Both the position numbers and the translations under genes were made by a program. This document shows, piece after piece, positions 56,582-61,905 of a DNA stretch of 61,905 nucleotides. Each line of letters opens with the position of its first letter. The stretch's first letter is position 1. Source of the DNA: Nanobdellota archaeon (GTDB lineage Archaea > Nanobdellota > Nanobdellia > Parvarchaeales > Parvarchaeaceae); contig JAJZLM010000008.1 of the NCBI GenBank assembly GCA_021850635.1, positions 1 to 61,905 of the forward strand, written 5' to 3'. The notes beneath the pieces were generated by a model. It had not been told where the DNA came from, ran no database searches, and saw only the letters and a list, made by a program, of their open reading frames with translations.

Positions 56582-56722
56582 AAATTCACACTGATATGTT
56601 ATCTACAACTTTCTTTAAATAACTTTGCTTGTTTACGATTATTATACGCTTTTCAGGCTTTTTATACCGTGTTTCCTTAGATACTCTGAAAGGTTAAAAT
56701 AGAGGTGCTTTCATAGATTTGT

Positions 56723-57655
56723 ATGAGGAACGCGATCAGGCCTCCTGCTCTTAAAGTAGGAGACGACATAAGAATAGTAACACCTGCAAGTGCAACTGAT
56801 ATAAGGGACCTTTCAAAGGGTATATCTGCGCTGAAGAACTTAGGGTATAAGATATCCTTGGGCAAGAACATAAGACGATTAGCTCAAAGGGGTGACCTTG
56901 CTGCACCCGACAAAGACCGCGCCGAGGAACTAATGGATGCGTTTAAAGACAATTCAGTCAAAGCGATATTCTGTGCGCGTGGAGGATATGGCTCGATAAG
57001 AATACTCCCATACCTGGACTTTGACCTGATAAAACTTCACCCGAAAATATTCGTAGGTTATAGCGACATAACTGCTCTCCACCTAGCGATAAATAAAATG
57101 ACTGACTTGATAACGTTCCATGGCCCTATGCCAGGAGTAGACGCAGACGAGATAAAAAAACCATCCTTCAAACAGTTTATGAGCGTATTGAGTGGGGAGT
57201 CCACGGATATAAGTGGATACATAAACCGAGTTATAAAATACGCGGTGCCTGGGAAAACGGAGGGAGTAAGCGCAGGCACTTGTATGTCGGTTTTCGCGTC
57301 GTTGATAGGTACGGAATACATCACAGAACCAGAAGGAAAGATACTTTTTATGGAGGACACTGGTTCCACTGCTGCTGATATAGACAGGTATATGTTCAGA
57401 CTAAAGCTATCTAAGATGCTGAAGAAGTTCAATGGATTCGCTTTTGGAGATTTCACTGATATACCGACCATAGATGAACCGATGCCAGCTATAGAGGAAG
57501 TAATAGAAGGGTATATGGAGGAATTGAGCAAACCTTCGATATTCGGCCTGCCTTTCGGACACAGTAATGATCAGATGCTTATACCTCTAAATGCAAAAGT
57601 AAGGATATCATCCGAGGAACCGTATCTTGAACTTCTAGAAAAAGTAGTCGATTAA
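56723..57655 (+). CDS. Peptidase S66 family (LD-carboxypeptidase / MccF-like)
   Basis: LKVGDDIRIVTPAS, GGYGSIRILP, VGYSDITALH (nucleophile Ser), GLPFGHS (His). Confidence 0.75.
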   Translation: MRNAIRPPALKVGDDIRIVTPASATDIRDLSKGISALKNLGYKISLGKNIRRLAQRGDLAAPDKDRAEELMDAFKDNSVKAIFCARGGYGSIRILPYLDFDLIKLHPKIFVGYSDITALHLAINKMTDLITFHGPMPGVDADEIKKPSFKQFMSVLSGESTDISGYINRVIKYAVPGKTEGVSAGTCMSVFASLIGTEYITEPEGKILFMEDTGSTAADIDRYMFRLKLSKMLKKFNGFAFGDFTDIPTIDEPMPAIEEVIEGYMEELSKPSIFGLPFGHSNDQMLIPLNAKVRISSEEPYLELLEKVVD

Positions 57656-57659
57656 ATAT

Positions 57660-58277
57660 TCATTCTAGCTGGCTCTTTCTTATCTCGCTTATTATGCCTA
57701 TATCTTTATCATAAATGTAAGGGGACATATCTAAGTCGCTTGGACTCTTTTCCATCTTCTTTGATGATATCAGCGACAAGTTCTTGTTGACCTCTTTGGA
57801 ATAATCATCCCATGATATCCCTTTGCTCTCCACGTACGCGCGCTCTATCATAGTAGCTATCTTATGTGCGTATGGGTAGGTATAAGTGTCGTCTATGAGC
57901 CACTTCTCCACGAGTTCGTGATGGATTGCAATGGACGAAATGCAGTTTATAGACTTGTCGCCTATGAATATCTCCTTGGGAAAGTTCCTGTCTAGATAAA
58001 CTTTCTTGCCGTCTACACTATAGCCGCCAGTGTATTTTATGTCGTATTCCGTGTCTACTGCTATGCCTTCATCAGTCTTTATCTGTGCAACTGTGCCTAT
58101 TATTTTACCGTCCTTTAAAATAGTTTTGCCATCTTCTACTTGTATTCTGTCGTCGAACTTAAGCTGAATATCTGTGTTGACTTTCACATAAGTAGGTTTT
58201 ATAAAATTTACGGCTGCATTTATGAACGTCTTACCGTCCGCTGTTTTGCTCTGTTCTACGACTATAAATTCTTCCAT
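57660..58277 (-). CDS. Hypothetical protein
   Basis: 205-aa ORF; no motif recognised. Confidence 0.4.
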   Translation of the reverse strand: MEEFIVVEQSKTADGKTFINAAVNFIKPTYVKVNTDIQLKFDDRIQVEDGKTILKDGKIIGTVAQIKTDEGIAVDTEYDIKYTGGYSVDGKKVYLDRNFPKEIFIGDKSINCISSIAIHHELVEKWLIDDTYTYPYAHKIATMIERAYVESKGISWDDYSKEVNKNLSLISSKKMEKSPSDLDMSPYIYDKDIGIISEIRKSQLE

Positions 58278-58423
58278 ACTGTTATCTGTTTCATTCTATA
58301 GGACATTATATCCACTATATTTTATATCTCTTTCTGTTTTTGCCCTATATTTACAAAAGGTTAATTAGGGTATCTATCGCGCATACTTGCATTATCTATA
58401 GCTGCGAATCGACGTTCTAAGCC

Positions 58424-59623
58424 CTATCTGTATGTATATCCAATGTCTTCATACGACGCAAGCTTCACGGTTGAGCTGCTTCCACTTACTCTGCTGCCTA
58501 TCACGTACTTGACTTCGCTCTGTTCCGCTGATTTCGCTATCTCGTCGGTTATGACACCATCAAGGACTATCATAAATATATCTTCTATGTTGAGTATAGC
58601 CGCCTCTACTTCTTTATACGGTATCTTGCCGACTATCTCGAACTTATCATTGACTAGGAAAGCACCGCGTGTGCCTATTATCTCATTTATAAGGCTTAGG
58701 GATTTTTCCTTTACTTCCTGTGGTATGTCCACTGGCTGCCTGTTAGGTTGACTCTGTACTCTCTCAACGCGTTCTGCCGACTGTTCCCTTCTGGGACTCC
58801 CTGCTTCGTATTCCTCTGCAGGAATCTTGCCGCGAAGCGCTTGGTTTATCTCTTTCTTTGAAAGCTCTTCGACTTCTGTGCCGTTTGGAGCTTTAGCTAT
58901 GAAGTCTGCGTGACCCATCTGCATGAAGGCGTTTATTATCATATCTCCTCCTCTGTCACCGTCTACGAAAAGAGTAACTGTCTTCTTCCTGCTCAGATCG
59001 ATTACTGTCTTTGGGATGTTAGTTCCATTCATACCTATTATATTAGGGAAACCATGCTTAAGCATGTTGAGAACATCTGCACGACCCTCTACGACTATTA
59101 TATCGTCCGAATCGTTTATTTCCGGCCCGGCTGGAAGTTTCTCTGTGCCGTATTCTATTAGCTCCTTCTGCCTTACTTCATCGTAAAGCTTCTGGAGTAG
59201 CTCCGTAGTGTCCACGGCGCTATTTTTCAGCGACTCATTCAGTAGCTGCAAAGCTTTGTTCATTATGTACTCACGCTTTGAAACCCTGACGTCTTCTATC
59301 CCACTGACTGTGACTTTTGCCTTCGATGGGCCTATCCTGTCTATAGTCTCTATAGCTGCGCCAATAAGAGCAGTCTCAGCTATGTCTAAGGAAGTCGGGA
59401 GTATTATTTCTCCAGTAGTCTTCCCATTAGAAGAAGTACTTTCAACGTTTATTCTGCCTATCTTTCCGTTTTTCTGAGCTTCTCTTAAATCGAGTTCTTC
59501 GCCCAATAATCCTTCTGTCTGCCCGAATACCGCTCCTATCACGTCCGGTTTATCTACCAGACTGTCCACAGTGAATTTGGCCTTCAATACGTACTTAAAT
59601 GAAGTCGGTCCTATTTTTGCCAT
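58424..59623 (-). CDS. dnaG: Archaeal DnaG (Toprim-domain primase / exosome-associated protein)
   Basis: IVVEGRADVLNMLKHG and LFVDGDRGGDMI Toprim motifs; 399 aa. Confidence 0.85.
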   Translation of the reverse strand: MAKIGPTSFKYVLKAKFTVDSLVDKPDVIGAVFGQTEGLLGEELDLREAQKNGKIGRINVESTSSNGKTTGEIILPTSLDIAETALIGAAIETIDRIGPSKAKVTVSGIEDVRVSKREYIMNKALQLLNESLKNSAVDTTELLQKLYDEVRQKELIEYGTEKLPAGPEINDSDDIIVVEGRADVLNMLKHGFPNIIGMNGTNIPKTVIDLSRKKTVTLFVDGDRGGDMIINAFMQMGHADFIAKAPNGTEVEELSKKEINQALRGKIPAEEYEAGSPRREQSAERVERVQSQPNRQPVDIPQEVKEKSLSLINEIIGTRGAFLVNDKFEIVGKIPYKEVEAAILNIEDIFMIVLDGVITDEIAKSAEQSEVKYVIGSRVSGSSSTVKLASYEDIGYTYR

Positions 59624-59816
59624 ATTTTACCTCCTATACTCTCAGAATATCTACCAAAGGAGCACTCAACTCCCAAAATCAACGATTATGATGGTGATAT
59701 TTTGATATTTTTCTACTTTTCACTTTTGTAACGAGTCACTAGACCCGTCTTTAATCATTATAATATATATTATGATACTGCATAGTTTATAAACCTTAAT
59801 TTGTATGCTAAGCTGG

Positions 59817-60902
59817 TTACAGTATCCCTCTTTTAAGCCTCAACCCTAATCCTTTGCTTTTGTAAATGGTATTCTTACCATCTGAAGTGCTTACGCCTCC
59901 ATATGTAACTTCATTTCTGTGAGTGAGGTGAGAATCCAAATCTACTGTACCAACGTTCTCATAAGTCAAGGCGAAGTGCATCCCTGCAGCCACACCTACT
60001 TTTGTTTCGTCCATGCATCCTATCATAACGCCTATACCGTTTTCTTCCGCTAATTCTGCTATCTCAGCGCATTTAGATATTCCTCCGCTTTTCATTAGTT
60101 TTATATTTATAAGATCAACAGCACCTATGCGCAACATCCTTCTCAAGTCTTCTATGCTCTTGAGTGATTCGTCCGCCATTATTGGAATATCACTTGCTTC
60201 CCTAACTTTTTTCAATCCAGTGATATCGTTTGCTTTTATTGGCTGTTCTATAAAACTTATCCCTATATCATTTATCTTTCTGCTGAAAGCTATAGCATCG
60301 CCTACGCTGTACCCCTGATTCGCGTCAACTACTATCTTTATGTTTTCTCCTACAACTTCTCTTATACGTCTTAGCCTAGTTTCATCCTTCTCCGAATCCA
60401 ATCCTACCTTTATCTTTAGCGACTTGAAACCTTTTTCTTTATAGAAAACTGCTTCTTCCATAGATTGCTTGGCACTGCTTATCCCTATCGTGATAAAAGT
60501 TTCTTTGGACCTGCCTTTACCTCCTAAAAGAGAGACAACGCTTTTGTTCTTAAACTTCCCTAAGAGATCATACAGTGCTATGTCTATTCCTGCTTTAGCC
60601 GTATTATTCCCACTGACTAGCTTATCTAAGTCATGCATTATACTCGGCACGTCTGACACTTCCCTGCCTATTAACGTTGCCCTAAACTTGCTTAGCGAAT
60701 TCTTCACAGTAACAATATTTTCTCCTGTTACAGATTCGTCGGGAGCAGCTTCCCCTATTCCGTAGCAATTCTGTGCGCTTATTTTTACCAAGGTGACATC
60801 ACAGTAGGAATAATTTTCGTTAGCTATCTCGAACCGCTTTTTTAAGTATATTCTTACAGGTTTATACGATACATCCAGTATTTTTATCCCGTCGCTGCCC
60901 AC
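59817..60902 (-). CDS. Enolase-superfamily dipeptide epimerase (L-Ala-D/L-Glu epimerase-like, MR/MLE family)
   Basis: KIKVG, VDANQGY, IEQP, MADES, INIKLMKSGG; GTG start. Confidence 0.72.
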   Translation of the reverse strand: MGSDGIKILDVSYKPVRIYLKKRFEIANENYSYCDVTLVKISAQNCYGIGEAAPDESVTGENIVTVKNSLSKFRATLIGREVSDVPSIMHDLDKLVSGNNTAKAGIDIALYDLLGKFKNKSVVSLLGGKGRSKETFITIGISSAKQSMEEAVFYKEKGFKSLKIKVGLDSEKDETRLRRIREVVGENIKIVVDANQGYSVGDAIAFSRKINDIGISFIEQPIKANDITGLKKVREASDIPIMADESLKSIEDLRRMLRIGAVDLINIKLMKSGGISKCAEIAELAEENGIGVMIGCMDETKVGVAAGMHFALTYENVGTVDLDSHLTHRNEVTYGGVSTSDGKNTIYKSKGLGLRLKRGIL

Positions 60903-61040
60903 TCAGTATATTATTCGTTTACACGATAAAAACTTACCTGCTCAATGTGTAACTATCCTACACATATTAGGTACAGAATAGTCGTCGAGACCTATTTATG
61001 TGACATCCTCCCACCTCTAAAGAGCGTGGGCTTCCGCAGC
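60903..61040 (-). mobile_element. Right-end (RE) region of the tnpB IS, with two hairpins
   Basis: Hairpin CCCAC-CTC-TAAA-GAG-C-GTGGG at 61010-61030 spans the tnpB stop codon. A perfect 7-bp hairpin ATGTGTA-N7-TACACAT lies at 60945-60965. The exact IS boundary is unknown. Confidence 0.5.
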
Positions 61041-61905
61041 TATCTGCTGCAGGACCGGTTCCTGCTTCTTTAAATCATGGCTCGTAGATCTCGATGAGAT
61101 TCTTATCTTAGCAAGTTCCGCCGTCAGAGGATTCTCCACAGGCTTAAATTCCCCTCTGTCCGAGGGTATCGGGTCCAGTTTTACTTGTTTCAAACCAAAA
61201 TCCCTTATGTTTATCGCTGCGTTTACGTCTCTGTCTAATTGTGTGTTGCAGTCCTGACAGATCCATTCTCTCTTATTTAACGTCAAACTATTGTTGACAT
61301 GTCCGCATACATGGCATGTCTTTGACGACTTCTCAAACACCCCTATCTCTACTATGTTCTTTCCCTGTTTCTCTGCTTTGTACTTAAGGAACTGGAAGAA
61401 CCTGCTCCAGCTTGCGTTGCTTATTGACTTTGCAAGGCTATGGTTCCTTTTCATTCCCTGTATATTCAACGTTTCTATCACTATGGTATCGAACCACTTG
61501 GTTATCGCTGTCGATACCTTGTGTAGGAAATCGTTCCTTTGATCTGTGACTCTTTCGTGGGTCCTTGCGACCATTAATCTTGCCTTGTCCCTATTGTTTG
61601 AGCCTTTTTGTTTCCTTGACAGTGTCCTCTGCCTGCTTTTAAGCAACTTTTCCGCTCTCTGCAGGTATTTTTGATTTGCTATCTTTATGCCGTTAGACAA
61701 TGCGGCAAAGTCCTTTAATCCCATATCAATGCCTATGGTCTTGTTGGGATTATTTGTTATCTTGACCTTTACAGGCGCTTCTTTTTTATCATCCACTGTT
61801 AAGGAGACGAAGTACCTGCCTGTCGGGGTCTTTGTTATGGTCAATTGCTTTACTTTATCCCTTGGAAATTCCCTGTGAACTTCCATCCTTATGCCTTTTC
61901 CCATT
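61017..61905 (-). CDS. tnpB: IS200/IS605-family TnpB (OrfB), C-terminal about 295 codons; N-terminus lies beyond the right window edge
   Basis: IGIDMGLKDF (RuvC-I Asp), zinc finger CHVCG...CQDCN, DRDVNAAINI (RuvC-III). Confidence 0.88.
   Translation of the reverse strand, partial: MGKGIRMEVHREFPRDKVKQLTITKTPTGRYFVSLTVDDKKEAPVKVKITNNPNKTIGIDMGLKDFAALSNGIKIANQKYLQRAEKLLKSRQRTLSRKQKGSNNRDKARLMVARTHERVTDQRNDFLHKVSTAITKWFDTIVIETLNIQGMKRNHSLAKSISNASWSRFFQFLKYKAEKQGKNIVEIGVFEKSSKTCHVCGHVNNSLTLNKREWICQDCNTQLDRDVNAAINIRDFGLKQVKLDPIPSDRGEFKPVENPLTAELAKIRISSRSTSHDLKKQEPVLQQIAAEAHAL

Noticed and set aside
1-61905. The two tnpB fragments could be one gene split across a circular junction, making the window a closed circle
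   Set aside because: The N-terminal fragment ends on a codon boundary at position 1, while the C-terminal fragment's frame ends at 61904, one base out of phase. In addition, about 50-60 residues between residue 72 and the ...GIRMEVHR... region of a typical TnpB would be missing.
1-61905. A 62-kb composite transposon bounded by two same-orientation tnpB elements
   Set aside because: The interior is full of essential single-copy housekeeping genes (ribosomal proteins, aaRS, MCM, TFB). TnpB-only IS elements do not mobilise such segments. Contig breakage at repeats is the simpler explanation.

Overview
AT-rich archaeal sequence on both strands, probably a whole metagenomic contig. It begins inside one IS200/IS605-type tnpB gene and ends inside another, which is where assemblies tend to break. 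Most of it is housekeeping: ArgRS, ValRS, GluRS and TyrRS; aIF5B, aIF2-beta, aIF1A and aIF5A; TFB, MCM, DnaG, RNase J, Trm1 and RpoD. There are many ribosomal proteins (S2, S10, S13-S4-S11, L7Ae-S28e-L24e, L35Ae), plus enolase, NDK, SufS/SufU, SpeH and a TtuB/TtuA-like thiolation pair. RNA genes found by hand are an SRP (7S) RNA followed 9 nt later by an intron-containing tRNA-Ser(GCU), a tRNA-Tyr(GUA) with a 41-nt bulge-helix-bulge intron, and an unlinked 5S rRNA. Fragmented r-protein operons, the orphan 5S and many small secreted or pilin-like proteins suggest a small-genome (possibly DPANN-like) archaeon, but that is a guess. Two loci are the most unusual. (1) 21897-24305: an orphan 577-aa soluble protein followed by four translationally coupled mini-ORFs (48-58 aa) with M-x-x-K-G plus hydrophobic N-termini, absent from the ORF track. 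(2) 17802-20739: an operon of an orphan, a KaiC-like ATPase, a degenerate-KaiC/small-GTPase fusion and a Roadblock/LC7 protein, just downstream of pilin-like genes. Other items include two NTase/HEPN-like paralogs, Cys-rich pilin-like paralogs, a murein-peptide-recycling-like enzyme pair, an aldo/keto reductase pseudogene and IS-end hairpins with compensatory changes. No CRISPR array was seen. All homology calls come from motif recognition by eye, not from searches.
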